DNA of 64,000 nucleotides. It comes from a virus (taxonomy: Duplodnaviria; Caudoviricetes). Below are positions 37,298 through 46,778 of the stretch, in pieces. How positions within the stretch are numbered: position 1 is the stretch's first letter; every line of letters starts with the position of its first letter. Where the stretch lies: positions 11,041-75,040 of the IMG/VR virus record IMGVR_UViG_3300005673_000057. One strand, 5' to 3'. Below the pieces are notes generated by a model. The model was not told where the DNA came from. It made no database searches and saw nothing but the letters and a program-made list of their open reading frames with translations. The position numbers and the translations under genes are program-made.

Positions 37298-37328
37298 CGG
37301 ACCAACAACGAACCAGTGGAGAGGTTAC

Positions 37329-38417
37329 ATGGCTACAAAGGAAATTAGCGGGATCAAGTTGACCAACAGCGCCTTGGAGGAGGCCCCATCCGGGGATCTT
37401 ATTCTACGAGGCACGCTATCCACGGAATCGCTCAAGAATCTCAAGATTGATGAATATCAGCGTGAGGTTCTAGCGCGCTCCGGTAGTGGAGGCCGTGGTC
37501 CATCCCGCATTCGCAAGGGCATCGAGGCCGGGTCGCGGCTGCCGGACATTGAACTTGGCATGCGCGGTGAGAATTTCTCTGCCCATGGCAAGACTGTCAT
37601 TCTGAATGACCCTGTTTACATTATCGACGGTCTTCAGCGCGTGACTGCCCTTCTCGATCACATCGAAGAGCACGGCACCCCGAATGGGGCTCAACCGCTT
37701 GGTGCCACAATCTATTTCAATACGACGCGGCAACTTGAGAAGGAGCGATTCGCTATCCTTAACGGCCCCGGCCGGACCCCGGTTTCACCGGGCGTCCTGC
37801 TGCGAAACATTCGCGACAAGCACCCTTCGATCCTGACGCTCTATGGGCTGTCCCGCAACGACAACAGCTTTGCGCTTTATCAGCGGGTGTCGTGGGACCA
37901 GCGCATGAAGCAGCAGGAAATTCTCAAGGCGCTTCTGCTGGTCAAGGCGGCTCTGGCGCTCCATGGCGGCATCCATAAGCGTATTCTTGTGGAAAAGGGG
38001 AATGCGAAGCGGGATGAATCGCAGGTCAAGGACAACAAGGGGGCGGCTCAACTTGATCGTATCGCCAAGGAAATCGGCCTCCAGAATTTCCGCGAGAACA
38101 TCAAGGACTTCTTCGATATGCTGGATGACTGCTACGGCGTCCGCAATATCGAGTATGGCGAGGCCCAAGGCCATCTTCGTGGCAACTTCTTGATGACCAT
38201 CGGCACCTTCATTGCCAACAATCCCCAATTGTGGGATGCAAGCGAGCGGCGCATCAAGATTGATTCTAAGACGATGGAGCGCTTCCGAACCTTCCCGGTG
38301 AATGACCCGGAAATCCGGCGTCTCTGTGCGGCCGGTGCCTCGATGGTCCTGCCGGTGCTCTATCGGTATCTGCTCGATCACATGAACAAGCACAAGTCGA
38401 AGAACAGGTTCAAGTAG
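37329..38417 (+). CDS. ParB/Srx-superfamily (DGQHR-like) protein
   Basis: YQRE and IIDGLQRVTAL motifs; GGAGAGG RBS. Confidence 0.6.
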   Translation: MATKEISGIKLTNSALEEAPSGDLILRGTLSTESLKNLKIDEYQREVLARSGSGGRGPSRIRKGIEAGSRLPDIELGMRGENFSAHGKTVILNDPVYIIDGLQRVTALLDHIEEHGTPNGAQPLGATIYFNTTRQLEKERFAILNGPGRTPVSPGVLLRNIRDKHPSILTLYGLSRNDNSFALYQRVSWDQRMKQQEILKALLLVKAALALHGGIHKRILVEKGNAKRDESQVKDNKGAAQLDRIAKEIGLQNFRENIKDFFDMLDDCYGVRNIEYGEAQGHLRGNFLMTIGTFIANNPQLWDASERRIKIDSKTMERFRTFPVNDPEIRRLCAAGASMVLPVLYRYLLDHMNKHKSKNRFK

Positions 38418-38420
38418 GGC

Positions 38421-39071
38421 ATGCGACCAGAGAGTTGGCCCCAAGGAAGGTACGGTGTTATTTATGCTGATCCGCCTTGGAGTTTTCAATGCTGGGACGG
38501 CAAGCGGGTAGCCTCGCGCGGCTCTGTCACCCCATACGACACCATGGATATGGACGCCATCAAATCGTTGCCGGTAGCAGAACTGGCGGCAGATAATTGC
38601 TGCCTTTTTATGTGGATTGTCTGGCCCACAATGCCAGAAGCTCTTACAGTTATGGAAGCGTGGGGCTTCAAATACAAGACAGTTGGCTTCTGCTGGATTA
38701 AGGCAGATGCTACTCAAGTCGAAATGTTTGATGATTACATTGATCCCTACATGGGTCTTGGTTATTGGACTAGAGCCAATAGTGAGGTATGCTTACTTGG
38801 TACTCGCGGATCTCCAAAGCGCAAAAATGCTGACGTAAAGCAGGCTATTATTGAGCCCAAGCGTCAGCACTCCCGTAAGCCAGACTGTGTGTATGAGCGA
38901 ATCGAGCGTCTGGTAGATGGGCCGTATATCGAATTGTTCGCACGCACTCGCAGACCAAATTGGGATGCGTGGGGCAATCAAACGGAGATGTTTAATGCGC
39001 CTGTATCTAGGGGGTCCGATGCGCGGGATTCCACTCTTCAACTTCCCGGCCTTTCACCAAGCGGCGGCTGA
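38421..39071 (+). CDS. MT-A70 family N6-adenine methyltransferase
   Basis: YADPPW, CCLFMW, AWGFKYKT..F-W-K, GLGYWTR-N-E-CLLG-RG, HSRKP, IELFAR. Confidence 0.85.
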   Translation: MRPESWPQGRYGVIYADPPWSFQCWDGKRVASRGSVTPYDTMDMDAIKSLPVAELAADNCCLFMWIVWPTMPEALTVMEAWGFKYKTVGFCWIKADATQVEMFDDYIDPYMGLGYWTRANSEVCLLGTRGSPKRKNADVKQAIIEPKRQHSRKPDCVYERIERLVDGPYIELFARTRRPNWDAWGNQTEMFNAPVSRGSDARDSTLQLPGLSPSGG

Positions 39072-39345
39072 GCTACGCGCGCAAGGCCATGAAGTCTTCT
39101 CTCCGGCTGAGCGTGATAACGAATATCACGGCACCGATATTTCGGCTGGCAACCTAGCCGGTGACGAATCACAGGCGGCCAAAGAACATGGCTTTGATCT
39201 GCGTGAAGCGCTGCTTCACGATCTGACATACATCTGCAAGGAGGCTGAAGGCATTGCACTTTTGCCGGGATGGAAAAACAGCAAGGGCGCAACGGCTGAG
39301 CATGCCGTTGCCGTCGCACTAGGGCTTGTGGTGGTCGAGCTATGA
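38995..39345 (+). CDS. DUF4406 / nucleoside 2-deoxyribosyltransferase-like protein
   Basis: LYLGGPMRG...FNFPAF..AA..LR..G-EV-SPA...LPGW-NS-GA-AE. Confidence 0.75.
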   Translation: MRLYLGGPMRGIPLFNFPAFHQAAAELRAQGHEVFSPAERDNEYHGTDISAGNLAGDESQAAKEHGFDLREALLHDLTYICKEAEGIALLPGWKNSKGATAEHAVAVALGLVVVEL

Positions 39346-39674
39346 AGGAAATCTGGACCGGAGAGCGTCGTCGATTATTGTTTCGCGGCCTAGTCGAGCG
39401 CTTTGGGCCATTTGATGGTTGGCCGAGTATGCCACCATCGGATATCAAATTGGAAAAATATTGTTCTGATTTTGCTTCTCTTATCGGGGCATCTTCCCCA
39501 AGAGCGGTGCGGCATCAGATTAGATTCGCGATGCCAAACTCAAGTAAGAGGCTGTCAGCAGGCCACGCGAGGGCCGCGATTCTCAACAAGGCCGCAGCAT
39601 TAGAGGTTGGTTTTATCAGGCAGCGCCATATCCCGGATATAGTTGTTGTAAGTCCTCGCCTACGCAAGTCCTAG
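39342..39674 (+). CDS. Hypothetical protein
   Basis: ATGA-coupled 110-aa ORF. Confidence 0.5.
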   Translation: MKEIWTGERRRLLFRGLVERFGPFDGWPSMPPSDIKLEKYCSDFASLIGASSPRAVRHQIRFAMPNSSKRLSAGHARAAILNKAAALEVGFIRQRHIPDIVVVSPRLRKS

Positions 39675-39734
39675 CGGCTTGTCACTTGCTCCGAATCTTG
39701 CCAGTGTTCAGGTGGGCACTAGGCGAGGGAATCA

Positions 39735-40091
39735 ATGTCAGAACAGGGATACTGGGCGCTTGCCAGTCAAGCGCAGGCAGTAGGTGTCACACGCTCACGC
39801 ATGGGGCAACTAGCCAAACTCTGTAGCGACTACCAACGCGCATTATCCATACTAAGTTCCGCACTAAAGACCAAAAAGCCATCGGCCTATCTGGGCAAGG
39901 TCATGGCCAATCTCAAAGAAGAACAAGCCCCTCCTCAAATCCACATTCCACGGACTCACGAACCAGAAATAGTCTTGCAGGCCCGGCTACGCGGCTGGCC
40001 TGTGCGCAAAACTGTGCGCACAGATGGCTCACCGGGCTGGTTTGTGGCTGGCATTCTGTACGATCAGGGGGGTGCCGATGTCGGTGCATGA
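39735..40091 (+). CDS. Hypothetical protein, possible replication-initiator C-terminal-like
   Basis: GAGGG RBS; KKPSAYLGKVMANL helix, directly upstream of primase genes. Confidence 0.4.
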   Translation: MSEQGYWALASQAQAVGVTRSRMGQLAKLCSDYQRALSILSSALKTKKPSAYLGKVMANLKEEQAPPQIHIPRTHEPEIVLQARLRGWPVRKTVRTDGSPGWFVAGILYDQGGADVGA

Positions 40092-40377
40092 ATCTCCCAT
40101 TTCAATTACACCGTTTCAGATGATGCTCCATCCAGATTTTACTGGCTTGGAATTGGATGCATCGTTGCGGTCCTCTTGGCTTTCTATGTTCATGCAAAAT
40201 GGTTTACGTGAGGGAAATGAAGATGTCGGAGCCTGAGAAGCGATTTCATCTCGGAAAGTACGAGATCACCACTCGCGAGGTTGGCGACATTCCGGGATGC
40301 ATCCCGGCTCCCTATGACCCGACATTATGGGAATTGCTGGAGATGGCTAAGGGCCGATGGTCGCCGCCAAAGTCCAG

Positions 40378-40668
40378 ATGAAGACGTTAGCTGACTACGG
40401 CATCCACATACACAGGGGCATTACACACCATAAGATCAGGTGCCCTGAGTGCTCGCACAAGAGAAAGAAGAGCCATCTCAAGGACTTGGAAGTTAATCTA
40501 AAAGACGGCAAGTGGTTATGGTTTTGCCACCATTGTGGCTGGGGTGGAGGGGTGCTGGATGAAGCCGAAATTAACGCCGGAAGGCATCGCTTGGTTCAAG
40601 ACAAGGGGGATAAGCCAAGCGACTTTGGACAAAATGCCCGTAGGCATAGGTACGGTTTTCCAAGGTAA
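40378..40668 (+). CDS. Stand-alone primase zinc-binding domain
   Basis: CPECSHKRKK...L-V...W-W-CHHCGW-G. Confidence 0.7.
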   Translation: MKTLADYGIHIHRGITHHKIRCPECSHKRKKSHLKDLEVNLKDGKWLWFCHHCGWGGGVLDEAEINAGRHRLVQDKGDKPSDFGQNARRHRYGFPR

Positions 40669-42004
40669 ACCAGCGGTTTACTTCCAATATCGGGATGGTT
40701 GGAAAGCCCGCACTTTCCCAGACAAGAAATTTACTGCGGGTGGTGGATTTAAGGCGACTTTCTGGAATCTTGATGCTGTTTTGATGGCTAAGCCGGGGAC
40801 TGTGTATATCACAGAGGGCGAAATTGACGCCCTTGCCATAATTGAGGCTGGGATACCGGAATATCAGGTTCTCTCAGTCCCCAATGGGGCCAGAGATCGT
40901 CCGTCAGAAGACCCATTCTCTCAAAAAGGTTACGCCTACGCCCTAGATGCTCTGCGGGAGGGGCTCGGTCAAGTACAGCGATTTGTCTGGTGTGGCGATG
41001 CTGACGAGCCTGGGCTGATCTTGCGCGATGATATGCTCAAGGTCATCGGCGCGGCTCGATTCATGTATGTGACATGGCCAGATGGGGTGAAGGATGCAAA
41101 TGAAATGCTCCTCAAAGAAGGAGCGGAGGCCGCCCATGAGCTTTTGGTGCATGGGGCTATCCTGTGGCCTCAGGCCGGTCTTTATCGCCTCAGTGAGCTT
41201 CCTGCGGTCCCGCCACTTGTGATTTGGGAGCCCCCATTGCCTGGATTTGAAGGCAGGGTAAGACTCGCGCCCAGAACACTATCGGTAGTTACGGGTCAGC
41301 CAGGGGCGGGCAAGACGCAACTTTTTAGCGAAATATGGTTTAGGACAATCAAGAGTTATAACCTTGTAGCATGTATCGCGTCCTTTGAGACTGGTCCGGT
41401 GCCGCATTTGCGCCGTCAACTTAGGACGTTGTTAACAGGCCATCTAGAAACTGATTTAAGTGAAGCTGAGCGCAGTCAGGCAGATGCGTGGATAAATGAA
41501 CGCTATCTCTTTCTGTTGCACCCAGAGCAGCGCCCTACCCTAGAGTGGTTCTTAGAGTGCGCTGAAACTGCCGTTGTGCGACATGGGGCCAAGATCATTC
41601 AATTAGACCCATGGAATAGATTAGAAGCAACGCGCTCTCACCGAGAGAATGAGACCGAGTACATTGCTCGGTGTCTACGGTCGCTTTATGTCTTCGCGCA
41701 AGATATGGACTGTCATGTTCAGATTATTGCTCATCCAGCCAAAATGGACGGACCCCGCCGTGGTCAGCCGCCAACGCTTGAAGATATAAGTGGCTCCAAG
41801 CACTTCGAGAACATGGTAGACCAAGGGTTTGTGGTACATCGCCCTCAAATGTTTGAGGGCACTGACAGAAAGACTGAAACGGCTTTCTATCATAGGAAGG
41901 CTAGATTCGAGGATCTTGGGTTCCCATGTAAGATCATGCTGAGGTATGATCTCTCTCAGAGATGCTATGTTGGTATGAACGATGAAGCGCAGGAACTGGA
42001 ATAA
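40559..42004 (+). CDS. TOPRIM primase - DnaB/Twinkle-like helicase
   Basis: ITEGEIDAL..SVPNGA...GDADEPG...KDANE; Walker A GQPGAGKT; DPWN, HP-K, ISGSKHFENMVD. Confidence 0.85.
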   Translation: MKPKLTPEGIAWFKTRGISQATLDKMPVGIGTVFQGKPAVYFQYRDGWKARTFPDKKFTAGGGFKATFWNLDAVLMAKPGTVYITEGEIDALAIIEAGIPEYQVLSVPNGARDRPSEDPFSQKGYAYALDALREGLGQVQRFVWCGDADEPGLILRDDMLKVIGAARFMYVTWPDGVKDANEMLLKEGAEAAHELLVHGAILWPQAGLYRLSELPAVPPLVIWEPPLPGFEGRVRLAPRTLSVVTGQPGAGKTQLFSEIWFRTIKSYNLVACIASFETGPVPHLRRQLRTLLTGHLETDLSEAERSQADAWINERYLFLLHPEQRPTLEWFLECAETAVVRHGAKIIQLDPWNRLEATRSHRENETEYIARCLRSLYVFAQDMDCHVQIIAHPAKMDGPRRGQPPTLEDISGSKHFENMVDQGFVVHRPQMFEGTDRKTETAFYHRKARFEDLGFPCKIMLRYDLSQRCYVGMNDEAQELE

Positions 42005-42416
42005 ACACGCCAGCGCAAGGAGTGAATTAATAGCCGCCGCTTGGCTTTTAAAAAACGGATATGAGGTATTCAAGAATGTTAGCGCTCACGGGATAATAGA
42101 TATTGTGGCAATTAAGGATGGGACCGTGCTTCTTTTGGATGTGAAAACAAAGAATTCAAGACTTAGTAAGGAGCAAGCCGCCGCTGGCGTTAAATTTCTA
42201 ATTTATGACGAAAATGACAATTGCTACATAGATTGGAATCCCAAAGCAGCCTTTACTACAGATAAAATTATATGTCATGGCTGTGGAGCCACATTCGAGC
42301 CTAAGCACTCGCGACGAGCGAAATATTGTTCCAAACAATGCAGATCATCTTCTTTTAGGCAGCGCAAGTATGTGCCACTCTCGGATGGTCTTACTGCTGA
42401 GGACTTCGATGCTTAG
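41982..42416 (+). CDS. PD-(D/E)XK endonuclease with C-terminal zinc finger (homing-endonuclease-like)
   Basis: SELIAAAWLLKNGYEVF...IDIVA...LLDVKT; CHGCG..F...KYCSKQC. Confidence 0.7.
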   Translation: MKRRNWNKHASARSELIAAAWLLKNGYEVFKNVSAHGIIDIVAIKDGTVLLLDVKTKNSRLSKEQAAAGVKFLIYDENDNCYIDWNPKAAFTTDKIICHGCGATFEPKHSRRAKYCSKQCRSSSFRQRKYVPLSDGLTAEDFDA

Positions 42417-42681
42417 GGCAAAGTGTTTTTAGCCATCCACGGTTACTATCCAAGGTTCCAGGTTCTCCGCATTCTTCACAAATTTTTTCACATTCCCATT
42501 CAGCCTCTTGGATCAATCGGTTTATTTCCCCATGATTGCTTTCGGAATCATAGTAAATCCGAAGGCCGCCAAATTTCTCTTTGACCTGTCTTACCGTAGC
42601 TCCAAGAGCGTTAATGCTATTAACCGTCTTTTTGACAATTGGTTGCCAGCCGCGACCAACATGCTTTTCCCAGTCATTCAT
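42391..42681 (-). CDS. Conserved phage hypothetical protein
   Basis: GWQPIV...QVKEKFGGLR-Y...CEECG-PG...GWLKTLC..H. Confidence 0.65.
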   Translation of the reverse strand: MNDWEKHVGRGWQPIVKKTVNSINALGATVRQVKEKFGGLRIYYDSESNHGEINRLIQEAEWECEKICEECGEPGTLDSNRGWLKTLCPKHRSPQQ

Positions 42682-42695
42682 TTTACATGCTCCAT

Positions 42696-42938
42696 TCAAT
42701 GTGGCTTCTCTCGCCCAAGTGACTTGTCGGCCTTCTCTGCCTGATGGCGGATCAGTTTTTCCAGCCTTGTCACCACAGCATCAATGGACGAATCGTCGTT
42801 CCTGAAATGAACCAAGAAGCCCATTGCCACAGCCATGGCAATAAGGATATCTCCCACATTCAGGGATTCATCCTTGTTGTTAACTTGTTCTACAAAAGCG
42901 ATGAATCTCTCAGCCAATGCCAGATGCTTATCTTCCAT
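42696..42938 (-). CDS. Hypothetical protein
   Basis: Coupled ORF in the leftward operon. Confidence 0.5.
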   Translation of the reverse strand: MEDKHLALAERFIAFVEQVNNKDESLNVGDILIAMAVAMGFLVHFRNDDSSIDAVVTRLEKLIRHQAEKADKSLGREKPH

Positions 42939-43198
42939 TAGTTTAACTCCGGTATATCGATGTCTTCGCCAAGGCCGGAAAGGCCCCTGACCAGATCAAA
43001 GAGACATTCCTGTGCAGTTTCCAAGGGAACATCCTCTTGGCGGTGAGTATTGATGATATACGAAGCGACCAGGGCCAGCACGAAGATCGCATCCTGCGGA
43101 TTTGAGGATGCATCCTCCATGACCTCTACAACCTTTGAGGCCATCGGAGTCAGCCGCTCGAGGTCAGATGCGGCACTTGATTTCTGTTTCATTGTCAT
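42938..43198 (-). CDS. Hypothetical protein
   Basis: GGGAG RBS; TAATG coupling. Confidence 0.5.
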   Translation of the reverse strand: MTMKQKSSAASDLERLTPMASKVVEVMEDASSNPQDAIFVLALVASYIINTHRQEDVPLETAQECLFDLVRGLSGLGEDIDIPELN

Positions 43199-43224
43199 TC
43201 TCCCATAATGGTATTGTGGGCGGT

Positions 43225-43270
43225 GCAAAGCGGGGACAGGGGGACATTAAATCTCCCGCTTTGCTTTTTT
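43225..43270 (+). terminator. Hairpin with U-tract (antisense to the early operon)
   Basis: GCAAAGCGGG-N20-CCCGCTTTGC followed by T6; the loop is long for a canonical terminator. Confidence 0.4.
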
Positions 43271-43298
43271 CCCGCAGCCGCCCGCTACGGGGGGAGCC

Positions 43299-43532
43299 CT
43301 ATGCGAGCTTGTATTGCTCATTAAAGGCTTTGGACCGCGCATGAGGCAACGCAGCGATAGCAACCTTGCGAGCCTCTTGCGCAACCTTGTCATTTGGGTA
43401 GGCACGCAAATGACGAGTCAACTTGCGCGCCTTGTTCCAGCGATGCTGCCCATTGGCAAAGTAAGCGGCAATCCAGTGCTTTTTCTTGCCGATCTTGCCC
43501 TTACGGCCGCGTACCTTGCTTTGGGAAGCCAT
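43299..43532 (-). CDS. Highly basic small protein
   Basis: K/R-rich 77 aa; GGAG RBS. Confidence 0.55.
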   Translation of the reverse strand: MASQSKVRGRKGKIGKKKHWIAAYFANGQHRWNKARKLTRHLRAYPNDKVAQEARKVAIAALPHARSKAFNEQYKLA

Positions 43533-43546
43533 GTCTCCCTCCTGTG

Positions 43547-44980
43547 TTACACCACGACGTTGCGGTGGATTTCGCCCACCTTGGTATGGACTTCTTCCAT
43601 TTTGCCATTATGGACGACCTTGTGCAGCGACCGCGCCAGCGCCTCGGCCGGAGTCTCATCCTTGACCTTCCTGTTCAGCAGCGACAGATGGTTCTTCATC
43701 GTCTGCGCCGCAGTCAGCAAGTCAACCTCGGCAAGCATCTCGGCATTGCGGCCGATCATGCCCAACTTGGCGCGCTCCACACACTCCCGGATGGATGCCG
43801 GAATCTGGCCTTCCAGTTCCTTGCCCACGCGAGCAAGTGGCGTAGCATCCGGCAGTAAGCCAGCCGCATAGTAGCGCAGCAACTTCGCCACCGTCTCGGC
43901 ATTCGGAGCCCGCAGCGTAATGACGGCATCGAGGCGGCCGGGTCGCAGAATGACCGGATTGAGCTTTTCCACAAAGTTTGTGGTAAGCACAGTCATGATC
44001 TCGGCGCGCTTGGACACCACGCCGTCAATGGTGTTGACCAGATCATTGGCCTTTTCGTCGCGGATTTCGGCCACCCGGTCGATATCCTCGGCGAACACGA
44101 CGGCAGGCGCATACCGATTGGCGAATTCCAGCGCCGTCCGTAGACCTTGCACCTTGTCGAGCAGCACAAAGGTCCAGCCATTGAGTTCACAGATACGCGC
44201 CGTCAACTTCGCAGTCAGCGACTTGCCGGTGCCATATTGGCCTTCCAGCAGAACGCCGCGCTTGAGCGGAATACGATGTGCTCGGCAACGAGCCGTCTCG
44301 CGGATCGGCACCAAAATATTGGTATCAATCTGAGAGAGGATATCGGTATCAAAGAGCACGTCGTTCTCACTGATATCGGTCACGTCCATAAACGTGGGCG
44401 GATTGCTGGTGTCCAGATCGCCATTGTCATCGACGCCAAGGCGAATGGGCTTGCCGCGATAGATGCTGGATTCCTTGAGAATCTGGCGCGTCAAAGTGGC
44501 GAGTTCCAGCACCACATGACGGTCACGCTTCTTTATGGTCCCATGCACAATGAAACCAATCTTATTGTGGATCATGCATTCCACAGGGTCTTCAACGCCG
44601 GGAAGGCGCATCTGGCCAAGCGGGCATTGCACCACGTCCTCGTCATGGAATCCGACCTTGACGGAAAGCATCGTCGGCGGAATGTCGATCTGGCCGAAAA
44701 AAGTATCCATGACTTTCGTCTCGAAAGACGCAAAGCCGTACAGCTTCTGCATGGCACGCACGAAGGCCACAGCCGCGTCATGCGGATAGGCATCGAAACG
44801 CTCCATGACATTATAGGGCTGTTCCTCGTCCTGTTGCTTGCGCTGCAATGTGGCAATGGCCACCTTGAGCGGCATTGCCGCAGGATCGGCGGGCAGCGTA
44901 ATGGCGCGGCCCTTGTGTTCGATTGGCACGTCGAGCTTATCCCAAGTGCTATCCTTCTTCTTCTTCCCGTCATTTGCCAT
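43547..44980 (-). CDS. AAA+ ATPase (FtsH/Cdc48-type module, no protease or TM domain)
   Basis: GVLLEGQYGTGKS, VVFAEDID, LTTN, RPGRLD (arginine finger). Confidence 0.85.
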   Translation of the reverse strand: MANDGKKKKDSTWDKLDVPIEHKGRAITLPADPAAMPLKVAIATLQRKQQDEEQPYNVMERFDAYPHDAAVAFVRAMQKLYGFASFETKVMDTFFGQIDIPPTMLSVKVGFHDEDVVQCPLGQMRLPGVEDPVECMIHNKIGFIVHGTIKKRDRHVVLELATLTRQILKESSIYRGKPIRLGVDDNGDLDTSNPPTFMDVTDISENDVLFDTDILSQIDTNILVPIRETARCRAHRIPLKRGVLLEGQYGTGKSLTAKLTARICELNGWTFVLLDKVQGLRTALEFANRYAPAVVFAEDIDRVAEIRDEKANDLVNTIDGVVSKRAEIMTVLTTNFVEKLNPVILRPGRLDAVITLRAPNAETVAKLLRYYAAGLLPDATPLARVGKELEGQIPASIRECVERAKLGMIGRNAEMLAEVDLLTAAQTMKNHLSLLNRKVKDETPAEALARSLHKVVHNGKMEEVHTKVGEIHRNVVV

Positions 44981-45024
44981 AATGGGTATCTCCCGTTGTT
45001 TGGCGTTGTAAATTGTTGGGTGGT

Positions 45025-45054
45025 GGGCGTGTACTGTAGTAACACGCCCTTTTT
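45025..45054 (+). terminator. Hairpin with U-tract (antisense to the early operon)
   Basis: GGGCGTGT-N9-ACACGCCC-TTTTT. Confidence 0.5.
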
Positions 45055-45086
45055 AGCTACAGCTACCGCTGCCACCCACAGCGAAG

Positions 45087-45551
45087 TCAGTTCAACTTGC
45101 TCTTGCGAGCCGCCTCCAGAAAGGACTGGAGCGGAATCGCGCCCTCCCTCTCGATCCTGCGAGCGGCGCTCACCATGCCCTCGCAAACCACATTCTCGGC
45201 CTTGAGGCCGGTCAGTTTCTGGAAAGCCTCAACAGCCTCCAGCAGAATGGCCGGGCTGAAATTCAGCGCCAGCGCATTGTCACCGACAGGACCAACCGCC
45301 TTGGCAGCAAGCAGCGCCGCGAACATGATGGAGTCCGCCGTCACCTTGTCGTCCTTGGCCACCATAATGGCGATAGCTGCGAGTGGGCCAATCATGCACG
45401 CCGTCGCCATGGTCACCTTGGCCGGATGATTATTGTCAGGACAGCCAGCGGTGCAAGCCATCTTGACGAATTGCTGCGAAGCATTCACAACCGAATCCAG
45501 ATTGTGAACAAAGGCCGGATCGTCACCCATATTCTGCATTTCCATAGTCAT
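45087..45551 (-). CDS. Ala-rich hydrophobic hypothetical protein
   Basis: CGGGAG RBS. Confidence 0.55.
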   Translation of the reverse strand: MTMEMQNMGDDPAFVHNLDSVVNASQQFVKMACTAGCPDNNHPAKVTMATACMIGPLAAIAIMVAKDDKVTADSIMFAALLAAKAVGPVGDNALALNFSPAILLEAVEAFQKLTGLKAENVVCEGMVSAARRIEREGAIPLQSFLEAARKSKLN

Positions 45552-45593
45552 TCTCCCGTTTTTGTTTGTGCAACGTCAGTGACTAGCGCCACA

Positions 45594-46022
45594 TTATGCG
45601 GCTTCATCATCCCAGTTTTTAGCCAGCCATTCCTGAGGCTTGCCGGTGAAAATGTGGGCCTCCTTGTTCTGAACATTGAAAGGAAACGGCCCCGTTTGTG
45701 TGGTGCATTCGATTGTGGGCTTCGAGCCTTTTTGACCGCGAACGATATAGATGTACTCACACCAGTCATTCAATTCGCCGCCGGTCGGTTCCAGATAAAT
45801 GCCTCCTGGACCTTCCTTGAGGCCAAGAATGATCTGCGCAGCAAGGCACCCCATGCCGTTCGCGATATTGGTTCGCCCCGGTATGATGCCATTGACGATT
45901 TCCACGTCACAGAGCTTAGCAAGATCAAGGCCATGCCCCTCTGGATAGCCATCATATTGCCGATAAATACGGCAAAGCTCCTGATTGCCATCCATAACAA
46001 TAGTCAGACTGCGGGTGCCCAT
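45594..46022 (-). CDS. Conserved phage early hypothetical protein
   Basis: MGTRSLT...IYRQYDGYPEGHG...EYIY motif; CGGGAG RBS. Confidence 0.65.
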   Translation of the reverse strand: MGTRSLTIVMDGNQELCRIYRQYDGYPEGHGLDLAKLCDVEIVNGIIPGRTNIANGMGCLAAQIILGLKEGPGGIYLEPTGGELNDWCEYIYIVRGQKGSKPTIECTTQTGPFPFNVQNKEAHIFTGKPQEWLAKNWDDEAA

Positions 46023-46064
46023 TAGTCATTCTCCCGTTTGAATTTGGTACTTCCACTGGCTTAG

Positions 46065-46094
46065 GGTTCCACCCCGCCACGGGCGGGGGGAACC
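46065..46094. terminator. GC-rich hairpin
   Basis: GGTTCC-A-CCCCGCC-ACG-GGCGGGG-GGAACC, 13-bp stem. Confidence 0.45.
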
Positions 46095-46220
46095 TGTTGG
46101 TGTTGCCGATGCCAAATCAGCAGATGGATTAGTTCATTTTCATGCTGGAGTCTCCCGTCTTTGTTGTTTTGTAGTGTCTTGGCTACTACGATTGAAGCCT
46201 AACCCACATCGGGCAGCATG

Positions 46221-46490
46221 TCAAGCGGCATCTGGCAAAAAATCTTCGCAAGTTTTGCCATTGACCACGACTTGCTCAAGATTCAGCGGCCTGGAGCGAA
46301 AGTCTAGAAACAAAAACCTCGTCTTGGTCTGGACACCATTTAAGTCTGTTAACTCGATTGGTGCTGACCATGGCCAACGCGCCACGATAATAGTGTAGAT
46401 TTTTCGGTCGCTCAAAATCACAAGGGATGCGCCAGCGTTACCAACGCGAAGAATGATGGCATGAGTCCAACGAGTTTCAGGAATGATCAT
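46221..46490 (-). CDS. Hypothetical protein
   Basis: GGGAGAG RBS. Confidence 0.45.
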   Translation of the reverse strand: MIIPETRWTHAIILRVGNAGASLVILSDRKIYTIIVARWPWSAPIELTDLNGVQTKTRFLFLDFRSRPLNLEQVVVNGKTCEDFLPDAA

Positions 46491-46778
46491 TTCTCTCTCC
46501 CATTATTTTAGAATATGTTCACGCGCATAGCGCGCGCCGATTAGTTCTCTGGCATCGCATTGTTCATGGTATGGGGAGCCATCTTCAGCCGGCATTGCGG
46601 ATGTCTTTGTAGTCCAAGGCTATCGTCAGGAACGGTAGCATGAGCGCAATGCACTCGTTTTCCCGATTATGATAATAACCTGGAATCCAGAGACCCGGCA
46701 AAATACGAATGCAGCACGTCGGGCCAAGTCTCCAATTCAGCAACTTGCTATCTTGCCATCGCTTCTTATGCATCCCCA

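Noticed and set aside
36993-37328. Extended N-terminus of the ParB-like ORF (and track starts at 4198, 12869, 31523-32101, 53465-53860, 61836-63905)
   Set aside because: Good RBSs and family-like N-termini lie at downstream ATGs; the longer starts overlap other real genes.
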